A stretch of 63,583 nucleotides of DNA, filler included, from Reticulomyxa filosa (lineage: Eukaryota > Protista > Foraminifera), in NCBI GenBank assembly GCA_000512085.1. It is 17 parts of 17 records of this genome, joined end to end, with 100 filler letters (N's around TTAATTAATTAA, not from the genome) between each part and the next. Parts side by side here need not be neighbours in the genome. Positions count along the whole stretch, not along the records: positions 1 to 2,795 come from ASPP01036700.1; positions 2,896 to 10,086 come from ASPP01000529.1; positions 10,187 to 11,248 come from ASPP01047507.1; positions 11,349 to 16,251 come from ASPP01003436.1; 13 more parts are not named here. The stretch is one strand, 5' to 3'. The stretch's first letter is position 1. Every line of letters begins with the position of its first letter. Under the pieces are notes generated by a model. It did not search any database and was not told the origin of the DNA. It saw only the letters and a program-made list of their open reading frames with translations. The translations under genes were made by a program, and so were the position numbers. Of this stretch, positions 1 through 12,374 are shown one piece after another.

Positions 1-12
1 AAAAAAAATATT

Positions 13-493
13 TTGTCGAAACGGCTAGGATCTGAAGTCCATATCCAATGTGCGTTACTATGGGACCAACCAGTAATCGTTTTAGATGATGTATTATACG
101 CTCCTGTTCGCGGCCCAAAGTGTTGTTGTTTGGGCCAAAGGTTTTGTGTTTTTGCATATATGTATGCGCGTATGTGTACATATTACATCGACGGGGGGCA
201 ACATTTTTTTTTTTTTTTTTTTTTTAACCAAAATCGGTAGCATTGCTTGTAGTGGGTAATAAACTAAGCCATGTGGCATCACTTACTCCTGAAATGCCAT
301 AGTCCGGTATGCTCCAATAACAAATAAAACTCGGTGTTGAACTTAAATTCTTACTTACACTAAACTCTAGCATTATAGTACTGGAGGTAGGCACTGATAC
401 AATTAAACTGCTCTTGTTCGGGTAAGTCGCTGAATGTAGAGAAAAAGGTGAAATGATATATGCATAATTCATTGCCGCAAACTCGATATACAC
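13..493 (-). CDS. Internal exons of a hypothetical Ser/Thr-rich protein, possibly secreted or lectin-like (partial)
   Basis: ORF 224-493 runs into a GT plus poly-A intron-like tract. A downstream exon reads ...ITGWSHSNAHWIWTSDPSRF. No confident family assignment. Confidence 0.4.
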
Positions 494-1679
494 ATCTTTA
501 CATTAAACAGAAACAGTATATACAGCATAAACATGCGCGAAGTTGGGAATACAAGCAAATCAACTATATCTACTCGGAGAAACACAGTCGCTTATCAAAA
601 CTTGTTGGGGGCAAACTCGCGACGATTCTACGTATTAAAAACAGAACAACTGAAAATTGCAAAAGCATTGGTATTTCAGATAATAAACTAAGCAAAAGGC
701 AAGGCCTTACAGAATAACGGAGGGTCTCACAGAAATCACTAAATTTTTTTTTACAACTTTACTTACTTTTTCTACAAATGTAGTATTTTCTCGTTTTTTA
801 CTTTAATTGATATGATTTTATATGAATGCCTCCTGATTGTACTACATTAAAAAAAAAAATATTATCAACAAATTATTTTTTTTCTTTGTTTTATGTTAAG
901 TACAAAAATGAACCAAACATAAAGAAATAGCGCTGTAATTTCAACCTGAAAGTATTTGCATGTTTTATTTTGAATTTTTACACTGTTTAATTGTAAAAAG
1001 AAAAAAATAGTCGTGTTGAAAGATCGTATAAGACACTAAAAAAAAACTCGAGATTTGGGAGTTTTCTAAAAAAAATTATCAAATTGCAATATGAAAATGA
1101 TATGTGGACAGTTGTGCTGACTGCGACTGGCGCGATAACGAAATTATTTGTATCAAAAGACCAAGCTTGCACTTACAGTTTCGTATAAACAAGACTGCAC
1201 ACAGATACGTTTAACATAACTACACAAATCAACTTTTAATCATATATTGACTGTTCGATATATGCTTTAATTATTTGTCTTGTTAAATTTTTATTAAGCT
1301 TATATTTTGTGTATAAGAGTGTATTTGAGTCGTACTTAATGAAAGAACTGTGTGCAAAATAGATAGTAGTTGAGTTGATTGAACTGAATGACAATTTTGT
1401 CTGTCAATATACAATAACTATTACAAATGTGATAAATAAATCGAAACTTTTTTCACTTCAACAAAAAGTCTTGTTTATTATTTTCATTGTGTTTTGTAAA
1501 TTATTTTCTTATTTAATTTATTTTTGTTTATTGAAAATCAATTTTGAACGTAGTTCAAAAGATAAAATTTTGATAAGTGCAGTATAATGACTTGCGTTTA
1601 TTTGGTTCAAAAGGTTAGTCATGCAAGATAGACAGTAAATCATTATAAAATTTATAAAAAAAAGATTAAAAATAAAAAA

Positions 1680-1764
1680 TTTTTAAAAATTAGGCTTAGA
1701 TGTTTATTTTTTATGGAGAAAATCGATACTCTTAATAAAGTAGAAGTTTTTCTGCAATTTGCTG
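1680..1764 (+). mobile_element. Diverged Tc1-like terminal inverted repeat fragment
   Basis: aaattaggcttagatgtttattttt-atggagaaaatcga...tgcaatttgctg|TA resembles the ends of the 58651-60040 element. Confidence 0.55.
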
Positions 1765-2795
1765 TATTAGTAAGATAAATATAAAGATATTATTTTAATA
1801 CATCAACAAGAAGTTCAGTAGTTATCAACTCAATATTCCAATTGTGATATTCTATTGTCTGCGAATCGAATAAGCGAACAAATATTTTTATTTGTTTAAT
1901 ATATCTTCAGCCTTTTCCATTTGTGACACTACAATTGCTATCGTCTTGCATTCCATTATTATATTTCAAATCACCTGTTAAAACACAGTTTGACATATTT
2001 TAAAATATAATATGTTTACACTTGTATATAATAATATTTTATAATCAAACTCGTATTTTGAGAATCATCAACATTTTCCATATCTTATTTGCAAGCTACT
2101 AAGAGGTTCATATACCAAGAAAGCTTGAGAAACGAAAAATAAAAAAAGGATAGGCCTAAGTTTTCAAAAAAAAGTGTCCATCATTTTTTCGAGATTTGTA
2201 ATTCTAATTTTTTAAAAATTTATCAAAGATTTTTAAAAGAAGTAAGTTCAAAAGAGCTTTTTGTCGTCTCAATAAAAAAAAGCAAACAATCGGCATTAAT
2301 TATTAATAAGTTTCATTTTGGTCTTTTAGAAAGTAACTTTTTGTTTCAAATAACTTACAGTGTTTGAAATAGAATTTCACATTTTTCTATTTTACTGCGA
2401 AAATAAATCAAGAATCCAACCAGCTTCATCAATGTCAAACCACTTTTTATACTCCTCCACTTTAGTATTATCAATTTCCATAATCTCGACAACTTTTTGA
2501 AAAAAAAAGCATTTTATCAATTTTTTTAGAATTGTGCGAATTGTTATCAATTGAATAACGGAATCGTTGGTCTTCTGGATTTTCAAAATCAGCCATAAGA
2601 GGTACAATGTCTACGTTCTTTGGGTATTTTAATAATTGTTCGAAATCTTTGTAACATACTCCTGGTTTTTCAGCAATTTTTTGCCTTATCCTTTTGGAGT
2701 ATGCAAATGAGATTGAGGAGTAACAGAGAAGATAGAGTTATCAGGTGTCAAATCGTGTATGGTCTTGCTTTCTAGGACTGTACAAAGTTGCACAT

Positions 2796-2895
2796 NNNNN
2801 NNNNNNNNNNNNNNNNNNNNNNNNNNNNNNNNNNNNNNNTTAATTAATTAANNNNNNNNNNNNNNNNNNNNNNNNNNNNNNNNNNNNNNNNNNNN
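2796..2895. other. Artificial contig-joining spacer N44-TTAATTAATTAA-N44 (first of 16)
   Basis: Identical 100-nt spacers with six-frame stops at 2796-2895, 10087-10186, 11249-11348, 16252-16351, 20905-21004, 25835-25934, 29279-29378, 35799-35898, 36899-36998, 39041-39140, 46126-46225, 51333-51432, 55428-55527, 57416-57515, 60354-60453 and 61924-62023. Confidence 0.99.
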
Positions 2896-3047
2896 AGCAA
2901 AAAAAAAAATTTTAATATTTAAAAACTACAAGATTAATATATATTTTTTTAAAAAAAATTATGTTTAAATCTTTATTTTTTATGGGGAAAATCGATTCTC
3001 TTCATATAGTGCCATTTAGGTATATCAGTTTTTTTTGCAATTTACTG
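2896..3047 (+). mobile_element. Tc1-like terminal inverted repeat fragment at contig start
   Basis: atggggaaaatcgattctcttcatatagtgccatttagg...tgcaatttactg|TA matches the same TIR family. Confidence 0.65.
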
Positions 3048-4098
3048 TAATATGTATATTTTTTGTAAAAAAAGATGAAAAAAATTAAACTTGAACATGT
3101 TGTTATTTTCAAATAACAAATAACAGTTAAGATAAATTGAAGTATTTGTACTAATCTTTCTAAAATCAATTGAACTCCTGATTTCATGCTTTTTTTAAAA
3201 AAATAAAAGATATTGCCATTCTATTTTCGGCTCTTCCTTACAATATACTATCTTCTTTTCATAATAAGGATCACCCAAGATTCCAGCAACAATCGAATAT
3301 GTGTATATCTGTGCAAACAATCACAAATATCAAGAATAATACAATTGTGAAACATGTAAAGATTGAGATTACTCAACGTCATCTGGAACATACAACACTT
3401 ATTAACAAGACAGTTAGTCTCACCAAGATCCACTTGCACATCTCCACTTACATACACTCAATGTGCTAACAAAAGTAATGCTCATTGACAGACTTTTTTA
3501 TCATCTTTTTTTGATTTAAAAAAAGGTGTAAAAGTTCAACTAACTAAGTTTTGGGGGTGCTCAAGAAGTGTTTGTGTTTAAATTTGTATGTAATGGATTT
3601 TCTTTCAAAATTTTAATTTTTTCATCTTAAAATCTAATATATAACCCTCTGTGCAGGAAACATAGAAATTATATGCTACAGTATTTTAATTCAAACTTAA
3701 ATGCAAAACGTATAGAAATGATTTATGCATTCACACATTTTAAAACTATTCAGCAAGTATACAGCCCGAAACATAAGCAAAAAAGGACTAATTGCAAAAT
3801 TTCTATTTAAAGTTATCGGTGAAATATAGATATTTGTTAGCACAATGATAGTATAAATCTCTTTCAGTCTCCAAAAGAACATCAATTAGTGCAAGGCGCC
3901 ATTTTCAAAAAAAATTTATTGCATAAATGACTGTATAGAAAATTAAATATACGTAGAATTGTCAATCTTTTTTCATTTTTTACACAAATTCTGTACATTT
4001 TTCGCTCAAAATACTAAAGCAAGTTAATGTTTGTACCAGAAAAACAAAAAAAAGTGGCATAACGTTATGTTAAACTAGGTGAACTTGCCAATAATAAA

Positions 4099-4809
4099 AT
4101 GCGTTCATGGTCACATTTCAATTTGTTTCGTGAATTCTCTATTGCAGATTGGGTCACTCTGCTAAATGCATTTTGTGGCGTATCTGCTATTTTATTTTGT
4201 CTGAATTATCTTGGTACTAGTGTTTTTGTAGTGTTGACTTTTTTTTTTGTACAACTTTCTTTAACAAACCCACGGCAAAAAAAAATATGTCGTTCCATAG
4301 GCAATGATCATAAATTGCCATACCTGGATATGTCATTTTTCATGTTTCCAATTGCACTAATTGCAGACATAATGGACGGCCAAATAGCAAGACAATTGAA
4401 AAAGAAATCGATATACGGCGGGGATTTGGACAGTCTAAGTGATGTCATATCATTTGGTGTAGCGCCTTGTGTGATGGCATTTACATTGGGAGTGACAGGC
4501 ATGTGGGATGGAGTGTGTTTGTGTTTCAATGCCTTGTGTGGAGTGTCTCGATTGGCACGATTTAATGCCACTGCCGAAACAATGCACGACAAAAAATTGG
4601 GGAGAGTGGCACACTTTGAAGGTCTTCCAATTCCAGGAAATTTGTTATTGGTTGTTATGTTAGCCATTGATCATTATTTTTTAAATTATTTTTTGACACA
4701 GAAATTTAAATTTCGAATCTTGGGCAAACACTTTCATCCTATTGTTTCCATTTTGTATGTTGTTTTTGGTTTTTTAATGATTAGTAAAGTCAAAATTCCT
4801 CACTGGTAA
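4099..4809 (+). CDS. CDP-diacylglycerol--serine O-phosphatidyltransferase (PssA/Cho1-type CDP-alcohol phosphotransferase)
   Basis: CDP-alcohol phosphotransferase motif DIMDGQIAR...GGDLDSLSDVISFGVAP, plus RLARFN and FEGLPIP. Probable stop-free 87-nt GT-AG intron at 4214-4300. Confidence 0.92.
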   Translation: MRSWSHFNLFREFSIADWVTLLNAFCGVSAILFCLNYLGTSVFVVLTFFFVQLSLTNPRQKKICRSIGNDHKLPYLDMSFFMFPIALIADIMDGQIARQLKKKSIYGGDLDSLSDVISFGVAPCVMAFTLGVTGMWDGVCLCFNALCGVSRLARFNATAETMHDKKLGRVAHFEGLPIPGNLLLVVMLAIDHYFLNYFLTQKFKFRILGKHFHPIVSILYVVFGFLMISKVKIPHW

Positions 4810-5112
4810 ACTTTTTAAAAAACAAGAAAAAAGAATATTCGCAGTTTTGCATCACTCTTTTGTTAAAAGGTCTATAACCATCATATCAATTATGCGTTTA
4901 ACGCATTGTCAGCTTTCAACTCTTCCAAACTCGCTCAGAATAGGTGAAACCTTCTATAACTGGTTTTTAAAAAGAATACTGAAAAGACTTTATTTTTTCA
5001 TAGGTCTAAAGTTTATCACAAAGAGTAGACAACACTTTTTTTTGGATTGTTGATGACAAAGTTGAGGAAGGATTTGTTACGGTGAACGAACGAATAAAAA
5101 GTTGATGAATGA

Positions 5113-7526
5113 ATGCAGCCAAGCGGGGACATTCGAATCTTGGCAGGAACTTTACTACTTGTATGGCTAATATTAATTGTAGTACCCTTGGTGAGTTATT
5201 ATTTGTATCAATATTATAAATGTCGAAGGCATCCAGCGATCCAAAAACGGTATTCGTACGTCGTTTTCGCCATCAATATAGTAACTCTGTTCTACTTATT
5301 GGTAGGGAAAGTGTTTGAAACTGCAACGCGAATTTTCCTTGATAATGGCAGCTATGGTGGATTTGTTTTCGAAACAGTGGTGAACAACTATTGTCTGTTG
5401 GCAGTGTTTTATCTGTATGCTTTGCGCAGCTATCTCATTTGTTACGACATGCATTACATCGCCAAATCAAGTTACGAGTTCCAAGCGTCAGTTTATACCA
5501 ACGTGTTTTTTTTTGTTTTTTGTTGTTTTTTTTTTTGAAGGTGTATGTAATAGCAGCATATCATTACGTGTAAAAGAGCATACATACACATATATATGTA
5601 TATGTGTACGCGTGCGTTAAAGAAAATTTATCTACAATATATAAAGTGTATGCACACATACATATTTATATATATAAAGGTTCGCAAGAATGGGCGGTGA
5701 AGATCAATCCAGAAGCATACAAAGGAAGTTGGTATTTGAACAATAAGAAGACATACGGGAACGCGCGCTACATGTGTCGCTTTGTCATTCCACTTTACTT
5801 GTTTTCATTTATCGCGTCTACGTAAGTGTCTTGTCTTTCCATTTGTATGTGTTTTTCTTTTTTTTTTTTTTGCGAACACCTGTTATTTCCCCCTTTTTTC
5901 AAGTGATCAAAGATGTACGTATACAAAAAGTGGTATACACAAACATTGAAACAATTTGGCGAGAGAGGAAAAAACAAAACAAAACATCAATTTCTTTTTA
6001 AATGTATGTTTTGTTTTTTTTTTGCAAAAAAAAAAAAAAAACAACAAAGATTTTTACGCTTGATCGAATGGAAGGGCAACGAAAGCTTCGAATTTATCTT
6101 CTGTTTATTTCCAGTGTTTTGCGTATTTTATTACTACGTGCGACGTCCCAAGGTCGTGGACCATTTCAAAGTGCTCGACGAACTTAAATTATCATCACAT
6201 TCTGCCTCCTTTGGTTCTTTTTTTTTTAAAAAAAAAAAGGGGAAATTTTAGTGCACTGCTTCTTTATACAAGTTTTATACAAATGTATTGTGTTTGGTTG
6301 ATTGATAGTGCTAGTGTTGTTTGTAGTGCTCCCATTTGCGACGACAAACGACTTTATTCGCAAGATTATAAACATATGGTTTGGGTCACTGTTTTTTGCG
6401 GTGCTGTCATTATCGTCCACGTTCTGGGTGTTGCGGAACACGAAGGCGCTGCGACAGCATTCGAAGCTGAAGGCAATAATCATGCGACAGCCCACCGACA
6501 TCGGACGGACGTTTTCGAACGTCACCGACGACGACGGCGGCGATCAAGTGCAGAGCAAAACGCAGGCGCAAACCCAAAGCCAAACTCAAAGCCAAAAGAA
6601 GCGCTACAAAAACAGAGACAAGCATAGCAAGGAGCAGACCATCACCGAGACCAATCCCGATTCCAATCTCACTTTGGAGCAAATCATCGCCAGCAAACAA
6701 GGCTTCCATCTTTTTATGCAACACTTGAATTTCGAATTCTCCATGGTATGAGTGTGGCAGTATTCTGGGATGCTAGTTCTCCCTCTTTTTTTTGAGAAGG
6801 GGCGAGAAAAAAAATAAAATCAAAGCACTTTTTTTTTAAAGACATAAAAAAAAAAGTGTCTGAACATGTAGCGTATGTTTTTTTTTTTGGTGGAAAAAAG
6901 GAAAATTTATTGTCAGTGACAGAAATGGTTCAGTTTCAACAGTATTATTCGTTTGATCGCATTCGCGTGACGGCGCCCCCGATGTTATCGTCCTCCTCGA
7001 TGGGAGAATCACTGCGTTTGAATCGTCAGCGAAAACGCAACACTATGTGGCCATCCACGAGTCCTTGATGCTGCCTCCTGACATCCCCCAAAGCGCCATT
7101 GTGTATAATCCAAAATATTCCATGTTGGAAAAGTTGAAGCTACTCACCGAAAAATATATCGTCATTGGAAGTGAATTGGAGCTTAACATTTCCAGTCGGC
7201 TGCGACAGAAAATCGTCGCATTTGTTCAAGTCACCAATGAACAACTTAAAAACGACGACGCGTTGAGACAAGACGCTTTGTATTTACTTGATCCTGTTGT
7301 TGATGAAATTGTCAGTGTTATGATGGATAGTTATTGGAGGTTACTCTCTCTTTCTCTTCTCTTTTTGTATTTCTATTTCTATTTCTTCTTCTTGTTGTCA
7401 GATTGCTTTCCATTACTCCTCTCCTCCTCTTTTTTTTTTTATGTGACTCGTGTGTCGTCGTGTAGATTTCGCAAAACAAAAGCCTTCCAAGGCTTGCATG
7501 AACTCATTGGAAATAAAACTGCATAA
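5113..7526 (+). CDS. Multi-pass membrane protein with C-terminal RGS domain (7TM-RGS-like), multi-exon
   Basis: Several hydrophobic helices, then an RGS domain split over exons: LEQIIASKQGFHLFMQHLNFEFSM|ENLLSVTEM...KYIVIGSELELNISSRLRQKI...MMDSYWR|FRKTKAF. One apparent frameshift at about 6945-7045. Confidence 0.85.
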
Positions 7527-8092
7527 TGTATAATAACCCGAATACAATGCTATTTTTTTAAATATTTCATGTTTCACATTTCTTTTTGTAGTCAGCAAAC
7601 TTGAAAATTTTGAATGTTTCACAACAATTACGGGAGAAAATGAACATAAGCAGAAGAAACCAATGTTGTTTTTTTTGCGCGAGTATTCTCCATTTCATAG
7701 AAGAAAAAGGGAAAACATCTCTTCAGCAACAATATGAAAGAGCACTCTTTGTCAAAAATTTCAAGAGTTTGTCCACAAAAAAGAAATTTGAATACAAGTT
7801 TTTTTGATAAAAAAAAGATTTTGCAGCATAAAACTTGATTAACTCCCACCCCAAAAACGTAGACTTTTAGGACATCGTGTATGCTTTTCACAATATTTTC
7901 GTTAACTGTTTTGGTGTCAGTCCACCATATTTTAACCTGAAAAAACGACGTAAGTCTTGTTTAGACAAAGAAATACTATGAAATGTATTATCGCTTTAAA
8001 AAATCCCCAAATTGTGCAATTTTTGATATTTATTCCATTTCACAAAAATCAATAAAATAAAAATTAAAATGAAAGACCATATTTCAAATTTA

Positions 8093-9279
8093 TTACATAC
8101 TATTGTATTTGATAATCATTTTGTTAAAATAATCAATCCATCCTGATTTTATCTCTAAAACTCGAGCCCAATATTGAATAACAAGTTTCATTTCTTTTTT
8201 TGACTATTGATTTATTTGCAAACATTCATATAATAAAATATCTTTCGTTTAAAAAAAGGATTGTGTTTTAAAATGTAGATTACCAATTGTAAAGCATCCC
8301 ATACACGCACTTTTGTCTTCAAATGTACTGATACTTTGCTGTTATTACCACTCCCTCCGATGATATGTATATAAGTATTATCTTCATTCAATATCCCAAA
8401 ACAATCACATAATGGAATAGGCAAAGTAGGTTTAAATGTAATCCATTCATTTTCTTATATTGAATACTTATGTACTGATTTTGAAATAAATGACTTATTA
8501 ACTTTCCAACCGAAGAAAAAGATAGTATCATTGATACGTTCATATGCATAAGAATTAAATGATACAATATCCTTACAAACAGGTAATTGATGGAATCGAA
8601 AAATATTGCTGTCTTCATTATATTTAATTAATAGCCATATCCTTTTACAAAACACTAACATTTCAAAATCATTATTGTCATTTTTTCCCATTTGATACAA
8701 AGCAATGGTAATGAATAAAATTAATTGGCAAAATATCATGTTTAATAAATTGTAATGTATTCAAATCAAATACGCTAATATTTTTTTTAAATAAGTGATA
8801 AATAACAATTGGTTATTGCTTCCACCGATTATTGCACGCACTCCTTTGTAATTATCTGTATCTCTTCTAATATGAATTGGATGAGCTTGATTATCTGTGA
8901 AAGGAAGCCATTGATTGTAATTATTTGATTTATCCATTTCATTGCTATCAATCCAAACACTTACATATTTAATCACCAATGTATGTTTATTTGTTCCATG
9001 CTACGATGATCCAAAAGACAATAAAGTGATTTCATTGCTAACTTTGTTGTTATTATCAATCAGTTTCACCACGCAGTGTCCATTTAAATAAACATCATTT
9101 GGATACTAACAAATAAACTTGTATTCGTTTTTGATTGTATGATAAGAATAACAAGATCTTTGAAAATCACCTCCACAAATGAGAAGTTCGTGTCTATGTA
9201 GCACACATTGAGTGCCAGAAAGTGGAATGGGCAAGTCCTCCAAACTATCAAATGAAGTTTTTGTAGTTTGATTACCCAT
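8093..9279 (-). pseudogene. Kelch-repeat protein pseudogene with C-terminal GWI-module exon
   Basis: MGNQTTKTSFDSLEDLPIPLSGTQCVLHRHELLICGG...; AIIGGSNN, IFFFGW, IHIIGG. In-frame TAG codons near 9107 and 9002, plus frameshifts. Last exon 8101-8203 reads SKKEMKLVIQYWARVLEIKSGWIDYFNKMIIKY. Confidence 0.88.
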
Positions 9280-9672
9280 GTTGTTAAGATTGAGTTCTTT
9301 TTTTTAAAAGGGGAGACGAAAAGGAAAAATAATTTTTTCTACCAAAAATAAATTATCGTATTAATCTTTTAAATGACTATCTTTTTGAGGCTTCCTTGTT
9401 TAACATAACAACATTCGAGCAAATGAAGGAATAAAATATATAATTTTAATTAAAGCAGAACTGAAGTAAAATCAAGCAAACCTACTTACATTTTTACTTG
9501 ATTTTTTAGCATTAGTCAATAATTTGAAACAATATCAATTTCATGTATCTCATGCATTTTTCATTTGCATCAATTCAATTTTTATTTTTGAATAAAAAAT
9601 AAAAAATATATAAATTTTCATCAAATTTCACATATTTTCTTTAAAAAAAATGAAAAAATTATAAGAAAAAAA

Positions 9673-9768
9673 CGGCGTGTGGTTAGCTCATATAACCACT
9701 GTGGTGGATCATATGAGCAACTGAGACACTAAAAACGACCATCCTAAGATTTGCGCATGCCGACCACA
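9673..9768. other. GC-richer structured element (nested hairpins), unclassified
   Basis: gtt(a)gctcatat/atatgagc-aac and ccac/gtgg stems lie inside an outer cggcgtgtg/cgcatgccg stem. A T-run follows on the minus strand. Confidence 0.35.
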
Positions 9769-9928
9769 ATGACTCTACCGAACTGCAGAAACAACGTTAC
9801 TAGTAGTTGTTATTTAAGCAGTCAGTACATAAGCAGATTATTGTACTATACTACTTGAATTTTGTTGAGTCAAACTTCTTATTTTGTTTTTTTAATTTTT
9901 TATTTAAAAATTCATCAAAAAATATATA

Positions 9929-10086
9929 CATTATGTTGCAAAGAAACTGAAAGCCTAAAACGATATCTTATGATGATAATTGATTTTCTCCATGAAAAAT
10001 CAACATTTAGACCTAATTTTTTTTTTAAATATATACAAATCTTATAGTTTTTAAATATGATATTGATTTTTTAATAACTTTTTTTT
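9929..10086 (-). mobile_element. Tc1-like right-end TIR, truncated by contig end
   Basis: TA|cattatgttgcaaagaaactgaaagcctaaaacgatatcttatgatgataattgattttctccatg is nearly the reverse complement of 59900-60040. Confidence 0.8.
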
Positions 10087-11020
10087 NNNNNNNNNNNNNN
10101 NNNNNNNNNNNNNNNNNNNNNNNNNNNNNNTTAATTAATTAANNNNNNNNNNNNNNNNNNNNNNNNNNNNNNNNNNNNNNNNNNNNTTGAAATTAATAAA
10201 AAATATTACAATCGATGGTCTGACGTGAAGTGTCAAAAAAAAGCGTTCTTTTGTGTAATACAATAAAAGTGAGCGATCAAAGAACTAAATTGAAGAAAAT
10301 ACAGTAAATAAGGTGTTTATCTGATTAAATTTCAACTTTCGAAGAGTGCAGAACTGTGGCAATAACTTTATTACTCTAATATCAATGAGTAAAGTTCAAA
10401 GTTGGGATGGCCAAATTTATATATCAGAGAACAAATTTAGGTGAACGAGATAACTTTGTGTTTCTATCCAAGTTATTGAACTAAGAAAAGCCTTTAGCCT
10501 AAAAAGTTCAACAAAAAAAAAATCGAACAAAGCTCTGTACATAAGTTATTGCATTGTCTTATCGGTAAAAAGTTGATTTCATAGACACAATTGCTTCATT
10601 TCCTATTAATTTGAAAAGTCAAACTGCGACAAATTAATAGCAGAAAAAAAAAAAAAAAACAAGGCAATGAACAAACAAAACAAAAAAGTAAAATCCTATC
10701 AAGAAAAGATTGCTTAGTGCAAATTACGAAATTTTGAAAAAAACCAAAAACAATAATCTGACAAAGAGGAGAATACTGATTGACTTATATTTTTGAAATA
10801 TGTATAACACATTACAAAAATGTCTTATTTTCTTTCATTAAACATTTTGTTTTTGATATTTCCAGTGTTATTGCGTTTGAATAAATCTACTTTAGCATTT
10901 ATTATTTTAATACGTGCAAATAGCATTTTGATATTAGATATGCGTACAACTTTGACTGCTTCATCTAATTACCCAAAAGAAACAAAGCACTCAATAAATT
11001 TTTGTTTCGGAAAAGTGATA

Positions 11021-11248
11021 CTATCCCCAAATACGAATAAGACCCTTTCGTGTACCATAACACAGATTCATATAATAACCACCATTATTATTTTTGCTTT
11101 TCTTTTTGAATTGTAAAAGTTTAAGACAATATATCCCGTAATCTTCTTTCTTATCTCCCTTTATCACATGCAATTGGTTTTTATTTGTTCGAATATCCCA
11201 AAAGCGAATTGTATTATCTTTTGATCCAGAACATATTACATTTGAACT
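11021..11248 (-). CDS. 3' end of a WD40-repeat protein (same subfamily as 16920 and 30308), one frameshift
   Basis: Manual translation: SSNVICSGSKDNTIRFWDIRTNKNQLHVIKG...NLCYGTRKGLIRIWG*. Confidence 0.85.
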   Translation of the reverse strand, partial: SSNVICSGSKDNTIRFWDIRTNKNQLHVIKGDKKEDYGIYCLKLLQFKKKSKNNNGGYYMNLCYGTRKGLIRIWG

Positions 11249-11352
11249 NNNNNNNNNNNNNNNNNNNNNNNNNNNNNNNNNNNNNNNNNNNNTTAATTAA
11301 TTAANNNNNNNNNNNNNNNNNNNNNNNNNNNNNNNNNNNNNNNNNNNNGCTG

Positions 11353-11587
11353 TGTGGATGTCTGCTGATAGTATTGGTGCACTAACTGTAATACGAGAAG
11401 GTGTTTGCTTAAAAGATAGTAGGGACTCTCGTAAAATGAAAGTAATTTAAATAATAAAACAAAAGAACAAAAGAAAAGTAAAGAAAAATAAGAAAGTAAG
11501 AAGTAGGTTTGTTGAGGAAGTTTAACCTAATGGGGATTCCTCCGTTCCCTTAACGTTCAGATACTTATAATAGGGACTTGCCCTACA
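11353..11587. mobile_element. Solo LTR (235 bp) with 4-bp target-site duplication GCTG
   Basis: Ends TGTGG...CTACA, flanked by gctg at 11349-11352 and 11588-11591. Homologous to 11825-12036 (inverted) and 37065-37163. Confidence 0.7.
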
Positions 11588-11824
11588 GCTGTGATTGACG
11601 AATTTTGTCCTTTTTTTTGATTTCATTTCAAATCTTATAAATTTTTCGTACCCCTTTCTGAGTTTTTTTCAATTCTTGTTGATATAATATTCCACAATAA
11701 GTAAAATATTTGATAGAATTTATATAGTTGAGAGAAAACTTGCTTACTTTCTTTTTTTCCAACTTTTTGATTACAGTTGTTAAAAATACGGAATAAAGTG
11801 TAGTGCTCATGATACGTCGTAACA

Positions 11825-12036
11825 TGCAGTTCTCGCTAAGTCCAAGTGAGCTTTGGAACCCCTTTATGCTAACAACACACTACTCACTTTACCGACTTGT
11901 CTTTCCCCTTCCACTCAGTTGAATTTTATCATTTCTTTCTTTTATTAATTAATTGTTCTTTTGTTTTAAATTGCTCAGAAGAGCGAAACCTTCGTATTAC
12001 GTTTTGTGCACCTCTTTCAGCAGCAGAAAACCCACA
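11825..12036. mobile_element. Second, diverged solo LTR of the same family, opposite orientation
   Basis: Ends TGCAG...CCACA. Its reverse complement shares tgtgg..tctgctg..ggtgcac..gtaatacg..aaggt, gggg(a)ttcc and ggactt with 11353-11587. TSD is imperfect. Confidence 0.55.
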
Positions 12037-12374
12037 AAAGAAACGTTGGTAATTAATGAAAAACAGTCCTTACACTGCGTCCAACATCAAAATTTTTTGA
12101 AAGAGTGAAACAAAGAGCGAGATATGTAACAGACTCAGAACTAAAAGAGAGTAATAAATAACTTTGGCCAAAAAAATTATTTTTGCTTGAAAAACTCGTA
12201 AATTTTTATCACAAAACTATTTTTTTGACGATATACCGATAACTGCTTTTTCAATTTTTTTTTTGCAAGCTTTCATTTGAACAAAATTACAATATCGTAC
12301 CTTGACACATGTTGCATCAATCTTTAGTCAAACGAGAAAAAAAAGTTGATATATTTCTATATCACAAATGCGGC

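Noticed and set aside
9673-9790. HDV-like ribozyme, tRNA or 5S rRNA
   Set aside because: A P4-like hairpin and GCUAA are present on the minus strand, but there is no P1/P3/L3, cloverleaf or 5S core.
11360-11995. Hammerhead ribozyme cores (ctgatag...gagaa; cagaagagcgaaac)
   Set aside because: They do not match CUGANGA/GAAA with supportable stems I-III.
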